Of a stretch of 64,000 nt of DNA, positions 23,400 to 36,225 are shown in pieces. The translations under genes were made by a program, and so were the position numbers. Within the stretch, counting starts at the first letter, position 1. Every line of letters begins with the position of its first letter. The notes below the pieces were generated by a model. It saw only the letters and a program-made list of their open reading frames with translations. It did not search any database and had not been told where the DNA came from. The stretch comes from Felis catus. Taxonomy: Eukaryota. The stretch lies in contig NC_058368.1 of NCBI RefSeq assembly GCF_018350175.1, positions 112,470,001-112,534,000 of the forward strand, read 5' to 3'.

Positions 23400-24570
23400 A
23401 ACCTGACAAGGGACAACTAAAACCCTCATGAAGAAGGCAGAAAGAAATAACATCTGAAGAAATACACAGGAAGAATGGGAGAACGGAAACGATGGATAGC
23501 AGAACCCAGAAGAACAGTTTTGAAAACTGTTTGGCATATCTGATAAACATAGCTTCCAGTAATAGAGGTAGAAAATCATGAAGAAAAAAGACAAGATGAA
23601 AAGGGGTATTAAGAAGTCAGGGAAACTGCTATATTAATGGTAAGATTAAAATCATCGGGATTGGAGGCAATAAAGAACTAAATGCTCAGAAAATTAAATC
23701 ACTAACATGGAGGAGAAAGTTCAGCAATCTTTATAAAATGCAAAGGACACAGGAAAGGCGATCAAGATTATGAGAAAGGAAATTATCTCCGTGGAGGATA
23801 AATAATAGAGACTGATTCCAACAAGTAAGAATCATCGTCAGTACATGTAGAACAAATATAACTGAAACATCGCAGGGATTTAAAAAAATCTTGTGAGGAT
23901 GTAAATCAAAAACAAAACCATCAGAAAGGAAGGAAATATAGGTATTTATCTGATGTTAGGGGCAAGAACTCTTAACAAAGAACATCAATGATAGCAAATG
24001 TATTTATCAGAATATTAATGTACCTGCATATGTACTTTTTAAAAAGATGTTTATTTTGAAACAGAGTGCATACAAGTAGGGGAGGGGCAGAGAGAAAGAG
24101 GGAGAGAGCAAATCCCAAGCAGGGTCCGTGTTGGCAGTGCCCCTGGATGTGGGGCTCAATCTTACGAACTGTGAGATCATGACTTGAGTCAAAATCAAGA
24201 GTTGGACACTTAACCAACTGAGCCACCCAGACACCCATGTACTTTTTCTTTAAGTTTAAAGAGCATCACAAAATGGGGGAAATTAGAAATTTGGAAAATT
24301 ATCTATAATAAATATGACAAGGTTAATATACTTAATATATAAAGAGTCTTTAAAAACAAATAAGAAAAACAGTTTCCCCTTCAATAACCAACTTAGGCAA
24401 AGATTATAAAAAAGACTCAAATGACTGATAAATATTTGAAAACATAACCTCATTAATCACCAAAGATATGCAAATACAGAGCAGTGTTAACATACAGATG
24501 CCTTTCACGTTTGCAGAGTCTTTGGAGGTTATCATACACACACTAGTTGGTTTTTGAAAAACACAATTGG
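23400..24570 (+). mobile_element. Very old L1 fragments interrupted by a SINE
   Basis: Strongly A-rich sense tract; 24300-24480 resembles late L1 ORF2 (TATATAAAGAG...GGCAAAG...CATTAATCACCAAAGATATGCAAAT). Confidence 0.55.
24041..24236 (-). mobile_element. Can-SINE
   Basis: Minus-strand head GGGTGTCTGGGTGGCTCAGTTGGTTAAG; TSD ATGTACTTTTT on both sides. Confidence 0.93.
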
Positions 24571-25210
24571 AATTGTACTGGCCTTCTCCCACTTGAGGGA
24601 CTCTTCTTATCCTTCAGGTTTCAGTTTGACCTTCCCTTCCTCCCAGTTCTCTCTGACCACTCAAGCTAGGTTGTGACCTTTCATTAGTCTCCATTGCACC
24701 TTACATTTAGTGGCCTTTATCTCAACCATAGTGTGACTATTTGTGTGTGATTTGTGTATTCAGTATTTGGGACCTCACTGAGACTGTAGGGGTAACTGAA
24801 GTTTATATTGAGAATTTATACTGTGCTATGAAATAGTTGAGTGCTTTCATGTGTCTTAGTTCATTTAATCCTCCCAATAACCTTATGATACAGATTCTTG
24901 TCGTACTTGTTTTACGGAGGAGAAAGCTGATGACGTTGACAGAGGTTTAATGCCTTGTCTTGCATGGTGGGGCTGGTACCTGCCTCCACTGGCTAACTAC
25001 TGCTTCTGGTCTGAGAGTTGCAGGCTTCTTTTCTATCCAGATGGATCATCCGGAAGCCAAGCTCTCTCCCTCTAGGAAAGGACTAGGTCTTTCATTTTCT
25101 GGCCCTTAGGCAGCACCACAGCACCCCTTTCTGAGGCTACTCCAGCAGATCAAAATTACATTTCAAAGATATAAAGTGGCTTTATTACCAAATACTAAAA
25201 ATTCACCTTC

Positions 25211-25215
25211 CTTTC

Positions 25216-25283
<68 letters not shown>

Positions 25284-25289
25284 TTTTTT
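25211..25289. repeat. (TTTC)n tetranucleotide microsatellite
   Basis: Directly visible, about 15 units. Confidence 0.97.
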
Positions 25290-25809
25290 GTTTCAGTACG
25301 CAAAACTTTATCCATGACAAACAGCTCCACATTTCAGAACGTCACATTCCACCATAAAGATACAAAGCAAACCCAGGACCCTTGAGGAATTCATGATTCA
25401 AGTGTCCAAACCTTTCTTGGATCCAAAGGAAAATATCTTTTCACTTCCATATGCTCCTTTGTAAATGTCAAATAGATAGCAGGATAAACAAGGTTTTATG
25501 AGGATACAGGACATGTATGAGTTATTACGTCAAGTGGATGGGGGGTTATTGCCCTTTGTTTGCAAGGAGACAGCCATGAGGTCTGGCATGGGGTTATCTG
25601 GTGCTAGAGCCTGCAGGTTTGGGGGACAGAGACTGGGGGGGGGCAGCTGGAAGAGAGAGAGGGTTTGCTAATTAACATCTGTGACCAGCAGGGAGCAGGG
25701 AAAGAATTGTTGAAGGCATGCTGTTTGGTAGAATGGAGACATTTCTTTCAACCTCTAATCTGCCACAGCCTCCTTAATACGGGATTCGCACAAGAAACAA
25801 AGCAGCTCA

Positions 25810-26032
25810 GGGCACTGGGTTAAGAACCTGATCTTTGGTGTTAGAAGGGTCTGCGTGTGAGTCTGAGTTCTATAGCTTGCCTGTGTGCAAATTTCTTAAT
25901 CTTATGAGCCCAACTCTCCCGTAAATTTGGGGTCATGAAAGAGTTGTAATCAGAGTTACATGAGATAAATATACAAAATGCTTAGCATAGAGCCTGGCAT
26001 GTTACAGGCATTCAATATATGTTAAGCATTAT
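25810..26032 (+). mobile_element. MIR
   Basis: ATGAGATAAATATACAAAATGCTTAGCATAGAGCCTGGCATG...TTCAATATATGTTA matches the MIR 3' half. Confidence 0.7.
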
Positions 26033-29000
26033 TTCATAGCTGCGTCTCGACCTATCAGTCAAAATGACCTTTTCCTTTATATCTTAATTATTTTTCTTTA
26101 GACTTTAAACGGTTTTATGGAAACCTTCTACAATGAAGTACATATTCTCCAGGCTTATTAAATAGAATATACTAAATACAGCGAATGCCTTTGCTTTTGT
26201 TATACTTGATATACCTCAGTATATACACATAAATAATGTAGGAGTCTATAAAGTTGAAACTGGAAGTCTGCCCAGTCTGCTGCAATTCACTCTTATAGTC
26301 TGTGCCCTTCGCAACTTGGAATTTTCCTGAACATTGCATCAAATGGTGTGATGCTGAGATGCTCTCATCTAGAGCTATGACAATGTAGGGAGCATTCTAC
26401 CCTTATACTAAATGGCCCCAGCCAGCCAACCTCTAGGAGCCCCAGGCCTCCTCCTTAGTCTTTCTACCTCTCCCTTGATGTCAGATGGTGGCCTTCCCTC
26501 CTGCTCCTTCCCACGTTAGTTAGGGGTTTCTAATCTCCTTTGTTGAGGAAACAAAACACTAAGTTGATTATAAGAGTGGGCTATTAGGACTGTGATCTCA
26601 GATATTTAAGATCCATGATAATATATTTCATTTATTTCTGAACTTATGGTTATAGCATAGAAAAAGGGGTAGCATCTCAGAGAGAAATCCAAAGACCTGA
26701 TTCCTGGTCCTGGCCCTACCATTTAATACCTGCATGGACCCGGAAAAGTCACTGAACCTTGCTAAGCCTCAGTTGCCCCATCTATAAAATGAGATTCATT
26801 AATTAATTCATCAAACTCTTAGTTACTGAGTGCTTCCTGTGCACCAGACATATTCCTAGGTGCTTTGCACATAGCAGTAAGCAAGAAAGATATCCTCAAA
26901 TTTACATTACAGAAGTAGGGAAAGAGGTGATAAGCAAAATACATTCACCAGTTAATACCCACCATCGGATATCAGTGCTACCAGCAGGTGCCCCGAAGAC
27001 AATCAGGTGGGGTGATATGGTTAAACGTGACAGGTCTCCTGTCTCCCAGGGTTGCTGGGGCTTCAAATGAGTTGCATCAAAGGATTTTGTAAACGATACT
27101 ACGTGATATGAAATATAATTCTCAGAAAACAACAAAGTACCCATATATTTGTAATACCAACCACCCAAGATTCTGTGATTCTCAAAGAAAAGGTGTCTCA
27201 AAGGAGGGAGGACATCCAGAGGGCCAAAGGTGGAGAAACACTGCTTTCCAGTAAATAAAACAGTTGTCTGTATTTATTTCAATATTTTCCCTAAGTTTTC
27301 AAAGTCTCCCAAATAAGTGGCAGGGATAAGAGGATGGGAAGATTTTTTTTCTACATACAAAGGCAATCCTTGCTTATTACTTAGGCTAGACCCTGCCATT
27401 AGCACTGGAACGATAGATTGGGGGGGTGAAGCGGTGCTAGACCAAAGCTATGCAGTGTCCTTTGGCAACCCCAAACTCTCAGTGTTTGCTTACAGATCAC
27501 AGAATATTTTAACGGTAGGAGAGACTCAAAGTGCTCGAACCGCCACCAAGGAAGACCCATGAGACGTGACGATGAAGCAAATCTGGTAATGTGATAAAGA
27601 CACATTTGTATACCTCGGCTTAGGATGTCCATCATTAGGATTTTCATTATTGCCTCAAACATCCAGTGAGGCTGGTATCTCATACTGTACGGATGAGAAA
27701 ACTGAGGTCCATGGTGAAAACATCCTCCCCAGTGTGTCGCTGAAGGTATTTCTTGGCTTAGCGGCTGCCTTAGGATTCCCCCAGGAGCTCAGGCCATACT
27801 GGGTTTCTTCTCGGGCTTCTAGGCCCTTCGCACTCTGCCCATCCACCTAGGGGTCTTTGCTATTGCCCTCTCTTAGTCCATCCTGCTCTCCCTCCTGGTC
27901 TTCTGCCTCCTTCCCCATCTTAAATACAGATTTTCCTGCTCATCTTTCTCTACCGTAGCACTTCCTTTCCTTCCAGGCATGTATGAAGAGAGATCTACAT
28001 ACTTTCGAACACGTGATTTGGTATATTGTTAATCCTCCCCTCATGAAGTCGACGTCTATGCCTGTTCAGTTCACTGCTGTCTTCTCAGCCCTCGGCACGG
28101 TGCTTATCAATAATTGTGGAAAAGCGAGTGGAAGGAGGGAAGGCAGGCAGGCTGACGGATCACTTGTCTCTGAAGGGTCAAAGATAAAATTAAAACTGTT
28201 TTCCCTGACGTTATATTACGAAAACGTTAAGGCATACAGGCAGTGGAAAGAATTGTGTAGTATGGCTTCAACGAAGGTTGTTAAATTAAGAGCTACCGAT
28301 TGAAGTTCATGTTCAGGAAAACTGAATTTAAAGTTGGGTCGGCTGGTTGCGGCACACTAGGCGTTGGACCAGCGCTCACTGCCAAGTGCTTTGGGAGTTC
28401 TCAGTTACAAAGCACTGGTTCTACACAAGGTGGCCCAGAAGCAGTACCTTGGCCAGAAAGCTGCAGGTACCCACACACAGAACTGAGGCTTCCTCTCAGT
28501 TCCTGGTGACACTGGGTGTTGGGGGGACGGAACACATCTGGGCCTGGAGGGTCTAATCGAGACCACACGAGGCTCTGTGGTGCAGGTCGAATTGGTTCTC
28601 CTTTCCCACCCAGCTTCTTCTGTGAAATGGGGATTAATATGCCAGGCCTGACCTCCTCATTGCTCACTGAGATGGGATGATGGGAATCAGATGTAGGAAA
28701 TACAAAGCACAAAGTGCCGTTTAAACGTAAGGGGTTATGGCAGGCGGCAGCACACACAAAGCAACCGGGGATCTGTTTATTTTCCTTCTCGCTAATTTGC
28801 GCTGTTAATGAAGAATTCCGGGTTACCTCCCCGCTTCGGTCCTCTGGCAGGACTTTGGCTCCGAGCCGGGCGGCTCCTCCTGGAAACGTAGTTGAACCAA
28901 GGGCAAACCTGTAAGGGCCCCTGAGATAGTGCTCACTCCCCGGAAGCAGGATTGCTTTGAATATTTTGCCAAATCTCCTTCCCACTCTTGGAAGAAGATT

Positions 29001-32000
29001 TGAGCCGCAGGAATACAGAAACAGTTGTGTTCGCCTGCCCTTCCCGTCTCCCCCGGCTGCACGGTTTCTGTCTCACATCTATCCTCCTACTCCTTTTCTT
29101 CTCCTCCCACCCAGATCCAAACTTGGAGGGGACCTTTTGCCCTGAATTTCAGCAGGAAACATAACCAGCAACCAGATGTCTGACTTTTTCACCCCCTTGG
29201 CAAGGATTAGCCATCTTCCCTGTAAACTTCCGGCCTTTCCTCTCCGTTAGATCTCTCAGCTTCTTCACGCTCCATCTCCTTTAGCTCATACACGGGAACA
29301 CCCTCCGGAGGAGAAACGAAAGGTGGCCTGCAAACTGCTGCAGCCGTGTTGAGGATTTCATACACCCCGTTCAGTTAGTGGAGGGTCGGGGGATGCCGCG
29401 GCAGGTGGGGGTGGGGAGGGTAGCAGTTCAGCCCCTGGGTTCATTTGCTGTCTGGCTAGATTCAGATCCAATACATTCAGACTAGGTGTCCTCAGTCAGA
29501 GAAAGAGATCAACAAACTCACAACTTAAAACGGCACCCAAAGGGAAATAAATGCAAAATCTGTTACCATCAGAGTGACCGGGTGTGAAAAAAATAATAGG
29601 TAAGGCAGCTTTCTCAGCTTCTGGAATAGTGAGACCCAGATCTTCTCCGACCCACGGCAGAGGACTTTGGAACTGGGAGAGTCCTCAGACGGCCGCTCTT
29701 GCCGTTCCTTCCCTTTCCAGGCAGAGAAACCGAGGCTCTGCCCAGGGGGGCAGGACTTACCCCAGGTCCCTTGATTGATGGCACAGGGGGCTTCCCAGCA
29801 CAAGGGCCCACTCTTGGGTGTCCTTATACCTCCCCTGAGACATCTCTGGAAAAGCAAGGTGGCAGTCCCAGGTCTGGGCTTTGCCTGCCCTGCTGTCTCT
29901 GCCTCCTGTCTTTCCGTTCTCCAAACGGTCAGCTGGGTCTCCTTACGGTTCACTCTGATCCGCAAGTCCCAGCCATGCAGCAGCAGCAGCAGCAGCTGGA
30001 CCAACAATCACATGAAAGGGGAGAAGAGGCAGAAACCTTTTTTTTTTTTTTTTTAAATAAGAGGAAACGTTTTCAAACCAGCGCTCTTGGCTTATCTATA
30101 AGGCAATAAGGAACAAGTGATTCCCAAAGAAATGCATGAAAATGGGCGCGTTCTCACAAGAAACTTTTAAAAACGGATTGTAAGGAATTCTCAGTTGCAC
30201 TCCTCCTGTCCCTCACACTCACTTTCCCCACATTCACCCGTGTCTGCTGGTACAAATCCCCATGCCACCATTGCCGGATGTGTGACTTTGGTCCAGTCAC
30301 TGTCCCTCTCTGTGCCTTAGTTTCCTCACCTATAAAAGGGGGATATTAGTTCTTATTTGGCGATTATGTGAAGTGAAAGCTATGGCACTTTGCATGCAGT
30401 AGGTGGTTATAATAAACGTTTGTTCTCTTCCAATTTTCTTCCTTCTCTGGTGGAAGCCTGTGAACACTTCCCTTAGGGAGTGGGTCCCAGCAGGATAGGA
30501 AGGTGCCTTCTTGAAGCTCCACAGCACGTTGCTTCCTCACCCACCAGCGTCTTGGTCCTGCAGTCCCGGCTGCCTCCAAGAAAAAGGATTGGTCTGGGCC
30601 TTGAAGGATGTGTTCAATTTGTCTAAGTGGCCAGGGCACCTAGTCCTGGCAGAGCCACTGTGGGAAATGTGTGCCCCTTCTGTCCTGGACCCACAACCAG
30701 GGCCTCTACCCCTGATGTTTCTAATTGTTCACTTCACAAAACCTGAATTTTTCTTCTAAAAAAAAAAAAAGAAAGAAAGAAACCAGGGCCCCAACATTAA
30801 TGTAAATGAATCCCAAGGGGGGCCGTTAGCTTGGACTCAGAACAATGAGTTAATTGAAAGTGGTAATGAGAAAAAGCAGCTGACACTCATAAACCCATGG
30901 GCCAATGAGCAGTTCAATTCCTGGGCAGCGGGTGAGAGCCAGGCTTTCTAGCCAACCGAGATGTCAATGGCTTCTGAAAATAATTGCCCAAGGCATGCCG
31001 GGCTACGGGCGGGGACAGAGTTTGTCTATAGATCCTGTCACCTGGCTGGGAGCCACCTGTGCTGGCTCCATGCCCAGTGCTTCAAGCCCTGAGAACACCC
31101 TGAGCTTTGAAGAAATACCTGAGACCCAAGGACAGACGCTCAACTGGGGTATCATGTGAAAAATCGCCGTCAAGAGACTTGGTTCGCATTCCAGCAAGGA
31201 GATGGGGTCTCACACAAAGCATATATCTGGGCCTCGGTTTTCCCACCTGTCAGATGAGCACATTAATACATTTCCCCACAGCCTCTCAGCACTATTTTGT
31301 TTGAACATCAAATGAGATGTGTCTGGAATGCTCTATAAAAGAAGACATCTGAGGAGGAAAGCTTACATCAAGCTGAGGGGTCAGATTACCTAGTTAACTC
31401 GAGTGAGGCTCAGATAATAAGAATTCATACCTCCTAAGATTGATGAAAGAATTAAATGTTTATTATATATAATGCTAGATAGTATTTGGAGTGGGAGCTG
31501 ATATATGGTAAGCGCTGAATAAATGTTAACTCTTACTTCTGGTGAGTTATTATCTTCAGGGTGGCCTTGTCTTATAGTGACTAATCCAAGCTTATGGCCA
31601 GGAGTCCTACGGAGGGTTCTATTTTGCTTTTTTTTTTTTCAACCATCTCTAGTCACATACATCAAACATCCATTCCTCCCATAGCAGTCCTGTATCTAAC
31701 AAGGAGGGGCAGGCTGAGTAGACAGAGCAATGGGAAATTTGAAAGACAAAATGATTCACAACACACCTGAGATCTAACTGATTGAAATGCCATTTCTTCC
31801 CAGAACCTGACATTCACATTGTACTGTGAGCTCCCTGCATGCCCGTCCACCTGCAGGCCCAAGCAGGGATGTAATGGAATCTTCAGTGAGCCTTGGACCA
31901 TTTATCTAGACAACTGATGGAGTCCAGGGTACAGGGAACTGAGAAACATGATTGTGTGTGTCTGTGGCGTGGCGTTGGGTGGGGGGAGCTGCAGAAAATC

Positions 32001-32289
32001 CTGTAAGAAAAAATGATGTGTTCCTTAGATAAGAACGAAGACACAGGCGTCTCCCCAGGTATCTGTCCACCTCCATTCTGCCTCTGGCTGGCTCTCAGAC
32101 CTTCCCAGAAGTTTGGACCACCTTATTACTCATGTGCAACCTTGAGTGGGACTTTATGGCAGGTGCTGAGTGGTATTGCCCATTCTATGTTGAGCCTGAA
32201 TCCCTCAGCAAGTGCAGGAACACAATCCATGTAGCTGTATCTTAACATGCCTCTCATTAAAGCCAAGGACAGCCTTAAGGGACAACCAA

Positions 32290-32900
32290 GTGATTCACAC
32301 ATTGCCACTAAGAGTGAAAATTGGCACAACCTTTTTAGAGCACGTTTTAGCAGTATTTCTCAAAACTAAAGATGCACCTACCTTTGAATGCAGCTTCGAG
32401 AATTCTGTCCCACAGAAACGTGCACACACATGCACAGAAGCAAAGGCACAAACCTGTTTACTGCAGCATGCCACTAATAGAAAGGACCGGAAGCAACACA
32501 GGTGGCCATCCAAATGTGCAAAGATGAAAAGATGCTCGCTACACCAGGCTTGTAATCACAGGGAAAAGAAGGGAGAGACCATGAAAAATCCGTTTACAGG
32601 AGGTGTTGAAAATATTGAGGTGTTTAGTACGTAGACTCCAGTGACATGGAAAGGTTCCAAATATTTAAGTAGAAAAGGTAGTTTGCAAAATATTAAATGT
32701 AGTGAGGCCCTTGTTAGTATGTGTACAGAAACAAGATCCAGATGATTAGACCGAACTGCTGACCTAGTTGTTACCTTGACGGGGGTGAGAGAGAGAACAG
32801 GACACTTGCACTTTCTGTATTATGTATTTCTGTAACATTTGGCTTCTTCGGGATGAAGATGTATCAAGTTTGAATGTAAAAAAAGTAAACAGTAAAGATG
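32290..32900 (+). mobile_element. Very old L1 3' remnant
   Basis: GAGTGAAAATTGGCACAACCTTTTTAGAG...TTTAGCAGTAT resembles the L1 ORF2 C-terminal region. Confidence 0.6.
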
Positions 32901-34370
32901 ATTAAGAAAATGCGCATAAACAAAACTGAGGGAACGTAAACCGAAGGGGCTGAGCTACAAGCTTGGCCTTCAGGGCATTCAGCTAGGTTGGAGCTCACTT
33001 TCAAGGATCCAGAGAGATGGTTTGATGTGGGCTGTTTTGTGGGCTCTTTGGAAGGCAGCGGTCAAGTTTTGCTGGACTTGGAGCACAGGTCCGCTCAAGG
33101 ATGTGTTCCCCTACTGACAGCAGCAAACGTCTACCAGCTTCAGAGCAGAGGAAGTTGACCTGGCTGCCCAGATGCTCCTGTGGAGCTGGGGCGCTGAGGG
33201 ACTATGGCCGGAGCCGCCCCCCTCCCCCCCCCCCCCCCCCCCCCGGGAGCAGACCCAGTTCTGAGCCAGCTCAGGGAGAAGGGGCTTCCTCAGGGCCTCT
33301 GTCCATCTCGCAGCCTGGGAACTCCACACAGGACTTCCTTTCTTCCCTTCCTCCGGGAGGCCCAGAAAAACTTTCCTGTTTCCCTGTATGACCCTCTAAG
33401 TCTTAAAATTTTCATTCCACGTGAGCTGGGCAAGAAAAATCTGGCCGGGCACAGGGGACTATCAGTTCTGGGCGGCAGACAGCTGGGCAGCCTGTATGTG
33501 TAATTTCACAGGATCTGCTTATTCTAATCAGTGAGGGGCCCGTTCCCCCAGCAAGACACCACCACCCACTCTAGAACCACAGCTTCCTGGGTGGGAGCAA
33601 CAGAACACGTGCCTCTACTGACTCTAAAATCAGCAGGACCCATTGAAAAGCTGATGTAGGATGGGAAGTCTTTGGTCCCCTTTTTTGCCTCAACTGAGAG
33701 CTTCTGCCATTTTAGTGTTATTCCTGCAGAAAGGCCAGAACCCTCATTTGAGCCTTTTTGACCTTGAGAAGGTTTACAGGGGGTCATGTGAACTACCATT
33801 GAATATTTACAAAATCTCCCAATGGAAAAATACATCTGACCCCTTCTGTGGATTTCCAGAGCATTTACTCTAACAGTAATGGGAGAGAGTTACAGAGGAA
33901 GAGAAGGAGGGGACAGCTGCTGTGGACCAATGCGAGCCTCCGAGAATACACGGGGGGACATGAACAGGCATGTCTAACTTCATGGAGCTCACAGTCTAGT
34001 GAGGGAGAGGAGCTTCAATCAGATAATCACCTTCCTAGTACATGATAGCAAAGGGACATGGCACTCTGAAAAATCCAACAGGTTCCAAGAAAACCTAGAA
34101 AGGAACCAGTCTAGGCTGGGCTCAGGGAAGGCTGTCTTAAGGGAAAAAATACTGAGATCTGAGAAGTGAGGTGTGGACAGGAGTGGAGGGGATGGGGAGA
34201 GGACACTCTTGTAGACCCTCCACACAGAGGAGAGCTGAGAGTTGGGGGGGGGGCAGCAGGGAAGATGGAGAGAAGTAGTCAGGGATGAAAAGGGGGCAGT
34301 GAGGAAGAGAAAAGAAGTGATGGTTTTTATGGACATAGACATGACTACCACCACAACTCCCCCCTACATG

Positions 34371-34397
34371 CACACACACACACACACACACACACAG
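34371..34397. repeat. (CA)n microsatellite
   Basis: Directly visible. Confidence 0.95.
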
Positions 34398-36020
34398 CCT
34401 CGGAATAGCTTGCTTGGAAACAGATGGAGGCTGAGCTTGCCAAGACCAAAGGATTCCTCCCAGGACTGGATCCCTCTGTTTACTAACTGTCCATTCCTCT
34501 GCTGAGAAAGGAAGAACTGATTTGAGTCAAGGACTGTTAATTAAGGAATAATGAAATGAAGACAGAGAGGATCTAAAACGAGCAGGATAAAAGTGTACAC
34601 TTGACTGTCTAATTTCAATTGTTGTCTTTTTTTTTTTTTTTTTTTTACTGGGCAGGAATCTAAAATGTCAGACCATCTGGTTCAACACCGTGCCCTCCTT
34701 GTCCGGACTCCTGGACCTTCTTCCTTCCTCAGGAAACCTAGGCCGTTGCCCGCAGGCTCAGACTCCCGGGCCACTTCCTTCTTGAACCCAAAGAGCTCCC
34801 AACCCAAAGCATGGAGACTTCTGTCCGTGCCAGGGAAGTGGCCGACGACACTCCCTCCCGACCTCCAGCTGCCTCTGTGCCACACACAGTCCTCCTCACA
34901 CCCATCTCACGAATCCCAACCTCCTCTCCCCTCACCCTCCTTCCTGGCCTGATGCTTCACTCTGTTTTATTTTCTCTGTCCCAGATCAAACTCAAAGGCC
35001 CTTCTGACCAGACTCCCGAGGTTGGAAGCTGGGAGTAAATGGAGGCCAAAGGGAAGGACTGTCTCAAGATCCTGGGCTCTCCACTACCCACACACACTGT
35101 TCCCCCTTTCTCTTCCCCTCTTCCTCTGTTACCAAGCTCCCATCAGAACTGAGGTCTGAAGGGCCCCCTGGGGCAAGCAGGGGTGCTGTGAGGATCTGAA
35201 AATGCCCTCTTGGAACTAGAATCGTGGAACTCTTTGGCTTGAGGAGAAGCACAGGGCAGAAGTCCTGTCCCGCAGGGTAGAAAGCACCTCACTTGTGAGT
35301 TCTGCTTCAAAGGAGCAAGTATCTCCCACGGAGATCCACCTTCCAACCCCGCAGGAAGTTTCCCACTCTGTCACATTCATTCATGGATTCAGTGAGCCAC
35401 TGTGTGCCACCTCTCCTTGGAAGGGTTCTGAGATGATCAGGCAGGAGTGAGACCACGGTCATCTGGATTTCTGGAAGATGAGGTAAAGTGTAAAGAATTG
35501 TCTTTATCCAGACAAGAGGTTCTAAGCTTCTTAGAGATGCCAAACCCTTAGAATAAGCAAAAGGGCCTCTCCCCAGAAAAATTTACACATGAAAAGTGCC
35601 CGAAGCTCTGTAAACAGCCCCAGGGCTCCACCCTGCAAAGGACCTGGAGAGAGCCTGGGCTTCAGTGAGCTAGCACCGAGTCCACAGGCAGGGCACCCAA
35701 GCCCCGCTCCAGTGTGCCAGAGGGCACAAGGGACCCTGGCCTCATCCTAGGTCCAGTTCCTAGGACCTGGCTGCGAAGAAAAAGCAAGTGAATGAACACC
35801 TCATTTTGCTCTTTTTGGGATATACATAGGGTCCCTCCTCTCTACTGTCAAGGAAAGTAGGGCTCCTGAGCAAGAATTGTCCAGATCCCGAGGTGAGCAA
35901 AATGCTATGCCCAGTGCTTTCATCAGGGTAATGTCTACTGAATTCACCCTGTGGTCTTGAGATAATCTGCTGCCTCCTGGCTGGCTAGCCAGATGCAGGG
36001 CCTTTCTTCCTAGGTCACTG

Positions 36021-36046
36021 CAGAGGAGAGGACCCCTACACGCATG

Positions 36047-36092
<46 letters not shown>

Positions 36093-36119
36093 CCAGCAGA
36101 AGAGAAGACGCCTACACAG

Positions 36120-36150
<31 letters not shown>

Positions 36151-36225
36151 CCAAGAAAAGAGAGGACGCCTACACAGACACACACACACACATACACACA
36201 CACGTGCGCACACAGGCCAGGACAC
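36021..36225. repeat. Tandem triplication of a unit of about 60 bp, each copy containing a (CA)n tract
   Basis: Spacer GGCCA..GAGA(A/G)GACGCCTACACAGA alternates with (CA)n three times. Confidence 0.9.

Noticed and set aside
28815..28870. GGTTACCTCC resembling part of human nc886 (second vault RNA copy?)
   Set aside because: No box A, box B, terminal stem or terminator around it
29699..30109. ORF with polyglutamine from (CAG)6
   Set aside because: Short triplet repeat; the ORF continues through a poly-T run and has no coding character
33216..33244. Long poly-C run (also 3088-3112 and G-rich 6870-6908) as G-quadruplex elements
   Set aside because: Homopolymer tracts are common, their lengths are error-prone, and there is no functional context
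36021..36225. Repeat-spacer alternation superficially like a CRISPR array
   Set aside because: Eukaryotic DNA; the variable parts are (CA)n tracts rather than unique spacers, and there are no cas genes
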